Shown piece after piece: positions 18,956 to 28,702 of a stretch of 64,000 nt of DNA. Location of the stretch: NCBI GenBank assembly GCA_963815215.1, contig CAWFFU010000004.1, positions 147,065-211,064 of the forward strand. The letters are read 5' to 3'. Origin of the DNA: an uncultured Trueperaceae bacterium. Its GTDB lineage: Bacteria > Deinococcota > Deinococci > Deinococcales > Trueperaceae. The first letter of the stretch is position 1. Every line of letters starts with the position of its first letter. The notes under the pieces are model-generated. The model worked only from the letters and a program-made list of their open reading frames with translations. It searched no databases and was not told the DNA's origin. A program made the position numbers and the translations under genes.

Positions 18956-20155
18956 ATGTACAAGAGGATCACGGCGCTCGTCGCCGCGGCCGCGCTGCTG
19001 GCAGTGCTCGGCTTCGCAGCGGCGCAGGGCCCCATCAAGATCGGTATCTCGCTCTCGCTCTCTGGCGACTTCTCGGCCGACGGCCAGGGCTTCCAGAACG
19101 GCTATCAGCTATGGGCGGACCACGTCAACGCGACCGGCGGGCTTCTCGGGCGGCAGGTGCAGCTCGACATCGTCAACGACAACTCGAGCCCCGACCAGGT
19201 CCAGACCAACTACCAGAAGCTCATCACGGTGGACAAGGTGCCGTTGATCCTGGGGCCGTTCTCGACGCTGCTCACCAAGCCCGCTTCGGTGGTGGCGAAC
19301 CGCTACGGCTACGCCATGGTGGAGGGCGCGGGCGGCGCGCCGTCGGTCTTCAACCGCGGGCTGAACAACGTCTTCGACGTGGCGCTCCCGGTCATCAACG
19401 ACCTCGACAGCTTCACCCAGTACATCCTCTCGCTGCCGGCTTCACAGCGGCCCAAGACGGTGGCCTACGCGACCAATGACGATCCCTTCACGCAGCCGCA
19501 GGTCGAGCGTTCGCGCAAGTTGTTCGAGGCCGCCGGCCTGAAGACGGTGTCGTTCCAGACCTATCCGTCGGAGACGACCGACTTCAACCCCATCGCCGAC
19601 AAGATCATCCAGTCGAAGGCCGATCTGGTCGTGGCGGGCACCTTCATGCCCGACATCGTGGCCTTCGTGCAACGCTTCCGGCAGCAGCACTACAACCCCC
19701 AGGGTCTGGTCGCCACGGCCGGGCCCGACCTCGGCTCGCAGTTCATCCAGGCCGTCGGCGGAGCGCAGAACGCCGAGGGCATCCTGGTGCCGAACACCTG
19801 GTACCCGGGCGCCGACAATGCGGGCAACGCCGACTTCGTCAAGGCCTACATCGCCAAGTACGGCGGCAAGGCCGCCGACATCAACGGTGATGCGGCCGAG
19901 GGCTACGCCGCGGGCCAGGTCCTGCAGGCCGCCGTCGAGAAGGTGGGCAGCCTCGACAACGCCAAGATCATCGCCGAGCTCCACTCCGGCGACACCTTCA
20001 AGAGCATCCTCGGCGATGTGACCTTCAACGGCGTGGGCGAGAACACCGCGGCCAAGGCGTACCTGTTCCAGTGGCAGAAGGGCCAGTACCTGCCCGTCTA
20101 CCCGGACAGCGCAGCGGTGGCTCCGTTCGAGTTCCCCAAGCCGGCCTGGAAGTGA
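18956..20155 (+). CDS. LIV-type ABC substrate-binding protein, copy 2
   Basis: Signal peptide, AQGPIKIGISL. Paralog of 4291-5481 (shared LPxxQRPKTxAY...DDPFT and C-terminal FPKPxWK). Confidence 0.92.
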   Translation: MYKRITALVAAAALLAVLGFAAAQGPIKIGISLSLSGDFSADGQGFQNGYQLWADHVNATGGLLGRQVQLDIVNDNSSPDQVQTNYQKLITVDKVPLILGPFSTLLTKPASVVANRYGYAMVEGAGGAPSVFNRGLNNVFDVALPVINDLDSFTQYILSLPASQRPKTVAYATNDDPFTQPQVERSRKLFEAAGLKTVSFQTYPSETTDFNPIADKIIQSKADLVVAGTFMPDIVAFVQRFRQQHYNPQGLVATAGPDLGSQFIQAVGGAQNAEGILVPNTWYPGADNAGNADFVKAYIAKYGGKAADINGDAAEGYAAGQVLQAAVEKVGSLDNAKIIAELHSGDTFKSILGDVTFNGVGENTAAKAYLFQWQKGQYLPVYPDSAAVAPFEFPKPAWK

Positions 20156-20175
20156 AGTGAGGAACTCCGGGTTCT

Positions 20176-20205
20176 GGAGGGACGGCGCGCGAGCGCCGTC
20201 CCTCC
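20176..20205 (+). terminator. Stem-loop after the SBP gene
   Basis: GGAGGGACGGCGC-GCGA-GCGCCGTCCCTCC, perfect 13-bp stem with a GNRA loop. Confidence 0.6.
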
Positions 20206-20278
20206 CTCACCATCGCGGCGCCCGTCGGCCAGGGCGGGCGCGCGAGCGACGCGCCGTCACCGACTGCGGACGCGAGCC

Positions 20279-21154
20279 ATGCGCATAGTCGTCGACGCCA
20301 TCATCACGGGCGTGCTCTCCGGCGGGATCTACGTTCTCATGGCGCTCGGGCTGACGCTGATCTTCGGTGTGATGGACATCATCAACGTGGGTCAGGGAGC
20401 GCTCGTGATCCTGGGTGCCTACCTCAGCTACGTCCTGCAGCAGTACCTCCACATCGACCTGTTCCTCGGGCTGCTCATCACCATGCCCGTGATGTTCGGG
20501 CTCGGGGTGGCGCTGGAGGCGGCCTTCGTGCGCCCCATCCGCTGGGAACGCACCACCCTGTCCATCCTCGTCACCTTCGCTATCGCGCTGCTCATCCAGG
20601 GGGCGTTGTCGCTCGTATTCTCGACCAACCTGGTGCAGATGCACGCCTGGTACGTCGATCACTCGGTGAAGATCGGCAGCTTCTACCTGGCGTGGGTCTA
20701 TATCTTCGACTTCCTGCTGAGCGTGGTGCTGGTGACCGGGCTCTACCTGCTCCTCAACCGCACCAAGTTCGGTGCGAGCCTGCGCGCCTCGATGCAGAAC
20801 CGCACGGCCGCGCAGCTCATCGGCATCGACGTCGAGCGGGTCTCGGCGATCACCTTCGGTATCGGGGTGGCGTTGGCGGCGGCCGGGGGCATGGCCTACG
20901 GCGCGACCTCGGCGTTCAACCCCAACAGCCAGTACGACCTGATCTCGCGCCTGCTGGCGATCATCATCCTGGGAGGCATGGGCAGCCTGCGCGGCGCCGT
21001 CATCGCAGGCCTCGGGATGCTCGTCGTCGAGGACGTCACCTCGGTGGTGTGGTCGCCGGTGTGGGCCAGCACGGTGTTCTACATGGCCCTGGTGCTGGTG
21101 CTGGTGGTCCGGCCGCAGGGCCTGTTCGGACGCCTCGCAGGAAGGCAGCAATGA
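20279..21154 (+). CDS. LivH-type ABC permease
   Basis: GGIYVLMALGLTLIFGVMDIINVGQG; IILGGMGSLRGA. Confidence 0.93.
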   Translation: MRIVVDAIITGVLSGGIYVLMALGLTLIFGVMDIINVGQGALVILGAYLSYVLQQYLHIDLFLGLLITMPVMFGLGVALEAAFVRPIRWERTTLSILVTFAIALLIQGALSLVFSTNLVQMHAWYVDHSVKIGSFYLAWVYIFDFLLSVVLVTGLYLLLNRTKFGASLRASMQNRTAAQLIGIDVERVSAITFGIGVALAAAGGMAYGATSAFNPNSQYDLISRLLAIIILGGMGSLRGAVIAGLGMLVVEDVTSVVWSPVWASTVFYMALVLVLVVRPQGLFGRLAGRQQ

Positions 21155-22200
21155 AGACCCTGCGCCCCGTCCTCCTGCTCGTCCTGCTGGCTCTGGCGGT
21201 CGTGTTCCCGCTGCTGTTCCCCAACCCCGCGGTCGACACGGTGGCGGTCCTCACCGTCCTCTTCGCGACCGCGGTCACCGCCTGGAACGCCTTCTCGGGC
21301 TACAGCGGTTACATCTCCATCGGCCACGCGGCGTTCTTCGGCATCGGTTCCTACGCCGTCGCCATCTTGTGCCAGGACTGGCACGTCCCCGGCGGATACC
21401 TGCCCTTCCTGCTGCTGCCGGTCGCCGGGCTCATCGCCGTGGTGTTCGCCGTCCCGATGGGCTGGGTGGCGCTCAGGACGCGCAAGCACACCTTCGTCAT
21501 CCTGACCATCGCGATGTTCTTCATCATGCAGCTCATGGCGTTCAACCTCCGCGGCCTCACCAACGGCTCGCGGGGCATGAGCCTGCCCATCCCCACCCAC
21601 TGGAGCGGCGCCTTCTACGACCTGCCCTTCTACTACGTGGGGCTGGCCCTGCTGCTGCTGGCGCTGGCGGTCTCGTGGTGGATCCGCAACTCCAAGTACG
21701 GCCTGGGTCTGCTGGCGATCCGCGACGACGAGGATCGCGCCCGCGGCCTCGGCGTGCGTACGGGAGCGTTCAAGCTCACCGCCTTCGTGATCGCCGCCTT
21801 CTTCTTCGGGATGGTCGGCGGCCTGCACGCCTACTTCGTGGAGTCGATCTTCCCGGCTTTCGCGTTCGACCCGCTGATCGACCTGATGGTCGCCCTGATG
21901 GCGTTCCTGGGCGGACTCGGCACGCTGGCGGGGCCGGTCCTGGGGGCCGTGATCCTGGAGCCGGCCCAACAGTACTTCACCATCTGGTTCAGCCGGCCCG
22001 GCTACTACCTGATGATCTACGGGGCGCTGTTCCTGGTCATCATCCTGCTCCTGCCCCAGGGCATCATCCCTGCCCTGCGCGCCCGCTTCACGCGCTCCGA
22101 GGCGCTGGCGGGACCGGTACGGCACACTGAGGGCGGCGACGGCCTGTCGGGAGCGGCCGTGGCCGCCGAGGGTGAGCCGGAACGAGGGGGTGGAGCATGA
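21151..22200 (+). CDS. LivM-type ABC permease
   Basis: WNAFSGYSGYISIGHAAFFG; LAIRDDEDRARGLG; LGGLGTLAGPVLGA. Confidence 0.93.
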   Translation: MKTLRPVLLLVLLALAVVFPLLFPNPAVDTVAVLTVLFATAVTAWNAFSGYSGYISIGHAAFFGIGSYAVAILCQDWHVPGGYLPFLLLPVAGLIAVVFAVPMGWVALRTRKHTFVILTIAMFFIMQLMAFNLRGLTNGSRGMSLPIPTHWSGAFYDLPFYYVGLALLLLALAVSWWIRNSKYGLGLLAIRDDEDRARGLGVRTGAFKLTAFVIAAFFFGMVGGLHAYFVESIFPAFAFDPLIDLMVALMAFLGGLGTLAGPVLGAVILEPAQQYFTIWFSRPGYYLMIYGALFLVIILLLPQGIIPALRARFTRSEALAGPVRHTEGGDGLSGAAVAAEGEPERGGGA

Positions 22201-22928
22201 GCCTGCTCGCGGCAACGGCGGTGTCGAAGGCGTTCGGAGGCGTGCAAGCGCTCGACAACTGCTCGATCACGGTCGAGAAGGGGAGCCTCACCGGGCTCAT
22301 CGGCCCCAACGGCTCGGGCAAGACCACGTTGTTCAACGTCATGACCGGCTACGAGACGGTGGACGCCGGCGAGGTCGCCTTCGCCGGCAAGCCCATCACC
22401 AATGCCACTCCCGACCGGGTGTTCCAGCTCGGCGTCGGCCGCACCTTCCAGCTCACCCGCATCTTCCCGCGCCTGACGGTGCTGGAGAACATGCACGTGG
22501 CGGCGCAGCGGCAGGGGTGGCGGGCGTTGTTCGGGCGCTGGAGCTCGTCGGGGGAGCACCAGAGGGCCTTGGAGCTGCTCGATTTCGTGGGCCTCACCCG
22601 CCTCAAGGACGTGCCCGCGCGCAACCTCTCCTACGGCCAGAAGAAGCTGCTGGAGTTCGCCTACGTGCTGGTGGCCGAGCCCGAGGTGATCCTGCTCGAC
22701 GAGCCCGCCGGCGGCGTCAACCCGACGATGATCCGCTACCTTACCGAGCGGATCCGCGAGCTCAACGAGCGCGGGGTGACCTTCCTGATGGTGGAGCACA
22801 ACATGGAGTTCGTGATGGGGCTATGCGACCGCGTCGTCGTCATGAACCACGGCGAGACGATCGCCGACGGCGACCCTGAGACCGTCCGCAACGATCAACA
22901 GGTCCTCGAAGCCTACCTGGGGGCATGA
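22197..22928 (+). CDS. LivG-type ABC ATPase
   Basis: [29 protein letters not shown]. Confidence 0.94.
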   Translation: MSLLAATAVSKAFGGVQALDNCSITVEKGSLTGLIGPNGSGKTTLFNVMTGYETVDAGEVAFAGKPITNATPDRVFQLGVGRTFQLTRIFPRLTVLENMHVAAQRQGWRALFGRWSSSGEHQRALELLDFVGLTRLKDVPARNLSYGQKKLLEFAYVLVAEPEVILLDEPAGGVNPTMIRYLTERIRELNERGVTFLMVEHNMEFVMGLCDRVVVMNHGETIADGDPETVRNDQQVLEAYLGA

Positions 22929-23653
22929 GCATGCTTCTCGAGTTGCGCAAGGTGACGGCCGGCTACGACGGCAGCGACGTGCTCAAGTCCCTCGACCTCA
23001 CGGTGGAGGAGGGTTCGGTCACCTGCATCGTCGGGCCCAACGGCGCCGGCAAGTCGACGGTGCTCAAGGTGGTGAGTGGCCTGCTCAAGCCGCGGCGCGG
23101 CGAGATCGTCTTCAAGGGGCGCGGCGTCACCGGCCTCAACCCCCGCGGGGCGCTGGCGCTCGGCATCGTCCAGGTGCCGCAGAACCACAGCCTGTTCCCC
23201 GACATGACGGTGCGGGAGAACGTGCGCCTGGGTGGCTTCACCATCGCCGACACGGCCCTGGTCGACGAACGCATGCGTGAGGTCGAGGCCATGTTCCCGA
23301 TCGTGAAGGCGCGCGCCGGAGAGAAGGCGGGCAACCTCTCGGGCGGTCAGCAAAGGCTGGTGGAGTTCGCCCGCTCGCTGATGCTCGATCCCGAGATGAT
23401 CCTGCTCGACGAGCCCTCGATGGGCCTCGACCCGAAGACCTCGAAGGCCGTGTTCGAGACCGTCGCCCGCATGCACCAGGGGGGCCGCACCATCCTCCTG
23501 GTCGAGCAGAACGTTCGGGCCGGCCTCGCCATCGCCACCCACGGCATCGTGCTGGAGAGCGGGCAGGTGCGTCTCGAAGGCTCGCACGACGAGGTCCTCG
23601 GCAACCCACAGATCGGCAGGCTCTACCTCGGCACCGCCCTCGCCGACGCCTGA
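22925..23653 (+). CDS. LivF-type ABC ATPase
   Basis: [25 protein letters not shown]. Confidence 0.94.
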   Translation: MSMLLELRKVTAGYDGSDVLKSLDLTVEEGSVTCIVGPNGAGKSTVLKVVSGLLKPRRGEIVFKGRGVTGLNPRGALALGIVQVPQNHSLFPDMTVRENVRLGGFTIADTALVDERMREVEAMFPIVKARAGEKAGNLSGGQQRLVEFARSLMLDPEMILLDEPSMGLDPKTSKAVFETVARMHQGGRTILLVEQNVRAGLAIATHGIVLESGQVRLEGSHDEVLGNPQIGRLYLGTALADA

Positions 23654-23793
23654 GGCCTCGCGTCGCGACGCGACGCGAGGTGTACCGTCCCCGACGCCGC
23701 CCGGCGAGCACGCAACGCCGGGCGATTAGACTGGGACGCAGGCGTCACCCACTGGAGGGACACCTTCCCAGGCCGGTCGCTGGAGGGAGCCAC

Positions 23794-25896
23794 GTGCTGA
23801 GTACCCCGGAGAAACTCGTCTTCCTCGTCCTGACGCTGGTGTCGCTGTACTTCGCCGGTGTGGGCTTCGCGCGCGTGGTCCGCGTCGTGCTGCGCGGGCG
23901 CGAAGGCTCCTACCCGCGGCTCGATCACCTCCCCGTCCGGCTGGGCGCGGGCATCGCGAGGGTGCTGTCGCAGCGCACGGTGTTCCGGGCGCGGCCGTGG
24001 GTGAGCCTGTTCCACAGCTTCATCTTCTACGGTTTCATGCTCTACCTGTTCGTCAACCTGATCGACCTGCTCAACGGCTATCTGCCGCACGCCTGGACCG
24101 AGGGCATCCGGCTGGGCCTCGTGGGCGACCTCTACCGGCTGCTGGCCGACGTGCTCACGGTCCTGATCCTGGTGGGCATGGTCTATATGCTGGTGCGGCG
24201 CTTCTGGGCGCGGGACCCGCGCCTGGAGATGGGCCAGCCGACGCTGCTGCACGACAAGGTCAGGCTCGGCGGCATCCAGCGCGACAGCCTCATCGTGGGC
24301 GTGTTCATCCTGCTGCATGTGGGCTTCCGCCTCTTCGGGGAGAGCTTCCTGCTCGCTTCCGAAGGGCACCCTGACGCCTATCAGCCGGTCGCGAGCGCGG
24401 TGGCGTCGCTGGTGGGCTTCGGGCCCGGCCGCATCTGGGGCTGGCACGTCGGCTGGTGGGCGGCGCTCGGCATGATCCTGGCGTTCCTGCCGTACTTCCC
24501 TCGTTCCAAGCACCTGCACCTCATCGCCGCACCGTTCAACTTCGCCTTCGAGCGGCGCCATGAGAACGGCGGCCGCGTGTCGAGCGGTGCGCTCGACCCC
24601 ATCGATTTCGAGGACGAGTCGCTGGAGCAGTTCGGCGCCGCCAGCCTCGAGCACCTGCGCTTCCCTCAGCTCCTCGACCCCTACGCCTGCATCCAGTGCA
24701 ACCGCTGCGCCGACGTGTGCCCGGCCAACCAGACCGGCAAGGCGCTCAGCCCGGCCGCGCTGGAGATCAACAAGCGCTACGAGCTCAACCTGGTGGGCGA
24801 GGCGTTCGCGCGGGGTGAGGCCAGCCCGCGCCCGCTGATCGAGTTCGCCATCGCCCCAGAGGCGCTGTGGGCCTGCACCACCTGCGGCGCGTGCATGGAG
24901 GTGTGCCCGGTCGGGTGCGAGCAGATGATCGACATCGTCGACATCCGGCGCGACCAGGTGCTCATGCAGGGCGAGTTCCCCTCGGAGCTGCAGACGGCCT
25001 TCCGCGGCATGGAGCGCACCGGCAACCCCTGGGGCCTCGGCCAGGACAAGCGCATGGACTGGGCCGAGGGACTCGACGTCCCCACCGTCGAGCAGAAGCC
25101 CGATTTCGAGGTGCTGTTCTGGGTCGGCTGCGCCGGCTCCTACGACCCCGCGGCGCAGAAGACCACCCGCGCCATGGTGCGCATCCTCGAGCAAGCGGGC
25201 GTGAACTACGCCGTTCTGGGCAAGGGCGAGAAGTGCACCGGCGATCCCGCCCGGCGCGCCGGCAACGAGTACCTGTACTATCAGCTCGCTACCGAGAACG
25301 TGGCGGTGCTCAACGACACGCTGGCCTCGGAGGCGCTCGACGGTGACAGCGCCAAGCTGGTGCTCACCACCTGCCCCCACTGCTTCAACGCCCTGTTCAA
25401 CGACTACCCGCAGCTCGGCGGCGAGTACCAGGTGGTGCACCACACCCAGCTCATCGAGCGCCTCATGGCTGAAGGGCGCATCCCAGCGGTGGGGCTCGAC
25501 GCCAGCATCACCTACCACGACCCCTGCTACCTGGGGCGCCACAACAGCGTCTACGACGCGCCACGTAACGTCTTGACGGCGGGCGGCGGCGAGCTGCGTG
25601 AGATGGAGAAGAACCGTAACGACGCGCTGTGCTGCGGGGCCGGCGGCGCCCAGTTCTGGAAGGAAGAGGAAGAGGGGCGCATGCGCGTGTCCGAGCTGCG
25701 CTTCAGCCAGGCGAAGGCGACCGGCGCCGAGATCGTGGCGGCAGCGTGCCCCTTCTGCAAGGTGATGCTCTCCAGCAGCGAGGGCGCGCAGGGGGAGGGC
25801 GCTCCCGAGGTCCTCGACGTGGCGCAGCTGGTGGCGGCGCAGCTCGACGCCATCCAGGCGCGGGTCTCCGGAGGGAGCGAGGCCGCCGGCGATTGA
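23794..25896 (+). CDS. Membrane-bound Fe-S oxidoreductase (FadF / heterodisulfide-reductase-like, CCG domains)
   Basis: N-terminal TM helices, two CxxCxxCxxxCP ferredoxin motifs, WVGCAGSYD, HDPCYLGR, CCGAGG. Confidence 0.9.
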   Translation: MLSTPEKLVFLVLTLVSLYFAGVGFARVVRVVLRGREGSYPRLDHLPVRLGAGIARVLSQRTVFRARPWVSLFHSFIFYGFMLYLFVNLIDLLNGYLPHAWTEGIRLGLVGDLYRLLADVLTVLILVGMVYMLVRRFWARDPRLEMGQPTLLHDKVRLGGIQRDSLIVGVFILLHVGFRLFGESFLLASEGHPDAYQPVASAVASLVGFGPGRIWGWHVGWWAALGMILAFLPYFPRSKHLHLIAAPFNFAFERRHENGGRVSSGALDPIDFEDESLEQFGAASLEHLRFPQLLDPYACIQCNRCADVCPANQTGKALSPAALEINKRYELNLVGEAFARGEASPRPLIEFAIAPEALWACTTCGACMEVCPVGCEQMIDIVDIRRDQVLMQGEFPSELQTAFRGMERTGNPWGLGQDKRMDWAEGLDVPTVEQKPDFEVLFWVGCAGSYDPAAQKTTRAMVRILEQAGVNYAVLGKGEKCTGDPARRAGNEYLYYQLATENVAVLNDTLASEALDGDSAKLVLTTCPHCFNALFNDYPQLGGEYQVVHHTQLIERLMAEGRIPAVGLDASITYHDPCYLGRHNSVYDAPRNVLTAGGGELREMEKNRNDALCCGAGGAQFWKEEEEGRMRVSELRFSQAKATGAEIVAAACPFCKVMLSSSEGAQGEGAPEVLDVAQLVAAQLDAIQARVSGGSEAAGD

Positions 25897-26061
25897 GCCG
25901 GACGCCGCCGACCCGGGGGCCGCTGGCCGCCGGGTCGAGTGGCATTGTCGGCAGGCCGCCCCCGCACGCGGAACGTATCCTGAGCGCGGCGGCGACCGCG
26001 AGGCGATGGTGATGGGGGGACGGCCAGCGGCTGCCCGAGCTCTCGAGGAGGCCGTGCCCCC

Positions 26062-28662
26062 GTGTGCGCCGAACCGGTGAACCAGGCGGACGTGTTGAGC
26101 GTCGACGTCCTGTTCCGACACCACCCCCAACCGATGTGGCTGGTGGACGTGCCGAGCCTGCGGCTCGTCGACGTCAATGTGGCGGCCCTGGAGCGCTACC
26201 GTCTGGAACGCGCGGCGTTCCTGGCGCGGTCGTTGCCCGAGATGTGGGTGGCCGGCCCGCCGCGACTCACCGCCGCCACCGCCGACCCCCACGTGCTCGC
26301 CGCTGCCGTGAGCGGACCGGCCCTTCACCGGCGGGGCGACGGGTCGGTGCTCTCGGTGCGGGTCGAGGCGCGGCCGCTGGAGAGTGGCTCCGGCAAGCGG
26401 TTGCTGGTCATGGCGCAGGAGGAGCCGGGCGCGCTCGTCGCCGGGGACGGCGGCGACGAGCTGGCGGGCGCCCTGCTGGAGCTCGGCTCCGACGCGGTGC
26501 TGCTGCTCGACGCCGAGCAGCGCATCACCGACTTCAACCCGCGCGCGCGGGTGCTGCTGGGCGCGGGCGCGGCGCACCTCGAGGGGCTCGCCATCACCCG
26601 GCTGCTGCCGCCCGGCGACGCCCTGACGCCCGCCCTGCTGGCGGGGGCTGCCGCCGGGGACCCGCTTCGCGCCGAGGTGGAGCTGCAACGGCTCGACGGC
26701 GGCCGGGTGCCCGCCGAGCTGGTGCTCAAGGCGCTGCCGGACGGTCGGGCGCTGGTGTTGCTGAGCGACGTGACCCTCAAGCGCACGGCGGAGCGCACGC
26801 TGGCGCGCAGCGAGCGCCGCTTCCGGGCGCTCATCCAGAACAGCAACGACATCATCGTGCTGCTCGATGCCGACGCGCAGCCCCTGTACCTGTCGCCATC
26901 GGCTGCGCGCCTGGGCTTCGACCCGGCGTCGGGGAGGGACTTCGATCTGCGCGCGGGGGTGCATCCGCGCGATCGGCGCGCCACCGACGAGGCGCTGGCT
27001 CGACTGGTGCGGGAGGGGGGCGTGCAGTCCGCCACCTTCCGCCTGCTCACCACGCGGGGGTGGCGCTGGCTGGAGTCGGTGGGCACCAATCGGCTCGACG
27101 ACCCCGATGTCGAGGGGCTGGTGTTGAACGTGCGCGACGTGACCGAGCGCGTCGAGGCCGAGACCCGGTTGCGCGAGAGCGAGGCCTACTACCGGGCGCT
27201 GTTCGACAAGAGCATGGAGGGGGTCGTGCTGATCGAGTCCGACCGGCGCTTGCGCATGGCGAGCGGCGCGGCCCTGCGGCTGCTCGGCTACGAGCCCGAG
27301 GAGGTCGTCGGCAAGGACCGAATCGACCTCGTTCACGAGGACGATCGCGATGCGTTCCTCGACGCCCTCGATCTGGTGGAGGCGAAGGCAGGCGCCAGCG
27401 AGTCGGTGCGCTTCAGGCTGCGTGACGCCGGCGGAGCCTGGCGCTGGCTCGAGGGGGTCGTCACCAACCTGGAGCGCGATGCCGACGTTGGCGCCATCGT
27501 GTTGAACTTCCGCGAGATCACGGATCGGGTGCGGGCGATGGAGAAGATCTCCGATCTCAACACCGAGCTACGGCGCCGGCTCGCCCATCTACAGTCGCTG
27601 CGGCGCATCGACATGGCGATCACCAACAGCGTCGACGTGCGACTGGTGCTCGACATCTTCATGGATCAGCTGCTGAACGATCTTGGGGTCGACGCGGTGG
27701 CCGTGCTGCTGTTCGACGGCTCCGCCGGCGAGCTGAGCCCGTTCATGGCCCGCGGTTTCGAGGGCGAGCTCGACGCCGAGTTCCGCACGCGCCTGGGCGA
27801 GGGGCCGGCGGGGCACGCTGCGCTGGAACAGCGTACCGTCTACCTGCCGGACATGGCCGCGAGCGAGGAGGCGGCCGGTGCGGCGGTGGCGTCGTCGCTG
27901 CAGGCGGGCTTCACCAGCTACCTGGCGGTACCGATGCTGGCCAAGGGGCAGCTGCAGGGGGTCATCGAGCTCTACGCCCGCCAACGGCTCGAGCCGGGCG
28001 ACGAGTGGCTGGAGTTCCTCGAGACGTACGCCGACCAGGGCGCCATCGCCATCGAGAACTCGCAGCTCCTGCGCTCGCTGGAGCGCAGCAACGTCGAGCT
28101 GCAGCGCGCCTACGACCGCACCATCGAAGGCTGGGCCTTCGCGCTGGACCTCAAGGACGAGGAGACGGCGGGGCACAGCAAGCGGGTGACCGACATGGCG
28201 GTGCGGCTGGCGAGGAGCCTGGGGATGGGGCAGGCGGAGCTGGTGCACCTGCAGCGCGGCGCGCTGCTGCACGACATCGGCAAGATGGGCATCCCGGACC
28301 ACATCCTGCTCAAGGGCGAGGAGCTCACCGACGAAGAGTACGATCTCATGAAGCGCCACACCATCTACGCCTACGAGCTGCTCTCGCCCATCGACTTCCT
28401 GCGGCCGGCGCTCGACGTCCCGTACTGCCACCACGAGCGCTGGGACGGCGGCGGCTACCCGCGCGGCCTGGCCGGCGACGACATCCCCCTCGCCGCCCGC
28501 ATCTTCGCGGTCGTCGACGTGTTCGACGCCCTCACCAGCGACCGCCCCTACCGCCCGGCCTGGCCGCGCGAGCGGGCGCTCGCCTACATCCGCGCCGAGT
28601 CCGGCCGGCACTTCGACCCCGCCGTGGTGACGGCGTTCTTCGAGGTCGTCGGGGAGGACTGA
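26062..28662 (+). CDS. Multi-PAS / GAF / HD-GYP cyclic di-nucleotide phosphodiesterase
   Basis: Several PAS/PAC repeats (WRWLE), a GAF domain, LLHDIGK and HHERWDGGGYP. Start uncertain. Confidence 0.9.
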   Translation: MCAEPVNQADVLSVDVLFRHHPQPMWLVDVPSLRLVDVNVAALERYRLERAAFLARSLPEMWVAGPPRLTAATADPHVLAAAVSGPALHRRGDGSVLSVRVEARPLESGSGKRLLVMAQEEPGALVAGDGGDELAGALLELGSDAVLLLDAEQRITDFNPRARVLLGAGAAHLEGLAITRLLPPGDALTPALLAGAAAGDPLRAEVELQRLDGGRVPAELVLKALPDGRALVLLSDVTLKRTAERTLARSERRFRALIQNSNDIIVLLDADAQPLYLSPSAARLGFDPASGRDFDLRAGVHPRDRRATDEALARLVREGGVQSATFRLLTTRGWRWLESVGTNRLDDPDVEGLVLNVRDVTERVEAETRLRESEAYYRALFDKSMEGVVLIESDRRLRMASGAALRLLGYEPEEVVGKDRIDLVHEDDRDAFLDALDLVEAKAGASESVRFRLRDAGGAWRWLEGVVTNLERDADVGAIVLNFREITDRVRAMEKISDLNTELRRRLAHLQSLRRIDMAITNSVDVRLVLDIFMDQLLNDLGVDAVAVLLFDGSAGELSPFMARGFEGELDAEFRTRLGEGPAGHAALEQRTVYLPDMAASEEAAGAAVASSLQAGFTSYLAVPMLAKGQLQGVIELYARQRLEPGDEWLEFLETYADQGAIAIENSQLLRSLERSNVELQRAYDRTIEGWAFALDLKDEETAGHSKRVTDMAVRLARSLGMGQAELVHLQRGALLHDIGKMGIPDHILLKGEELTDEEYDLMKRHTIYAYELLSPIDFLRPALDVPYCHHERWDGGGYPRGLAGDDIPLAARIFAVVDVFDALTSDRPYRPAWPRERALAYIRAESGRHFDPAVVTAFFEVVGED

Positions 28663-28702
28663 GCGGCGTTCGCATCTGCGGAGTTGGCTTATGCTGGCCC
28701 GC

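Noticed and set aside
1..23653. Naming the cluster as nicotine, ectoine or vitamin B6 degradation
   Set aside because: Hallmark genes are missing from the window: Mo-dependent nicotine dehydrogenase, DoeB/DoeD, and pyridoxine oxidase or MHPCO.
23623..27336. 1237-aa minus-strand ORF, and similar long ORFs such as 2532-4043, 10881-12761, 29541-31637, 34358-36346 and 49483-51507
   Set aside because: Antisense shadows of well-supported genes, expected at this GC content. They carry no recognisable motifs.
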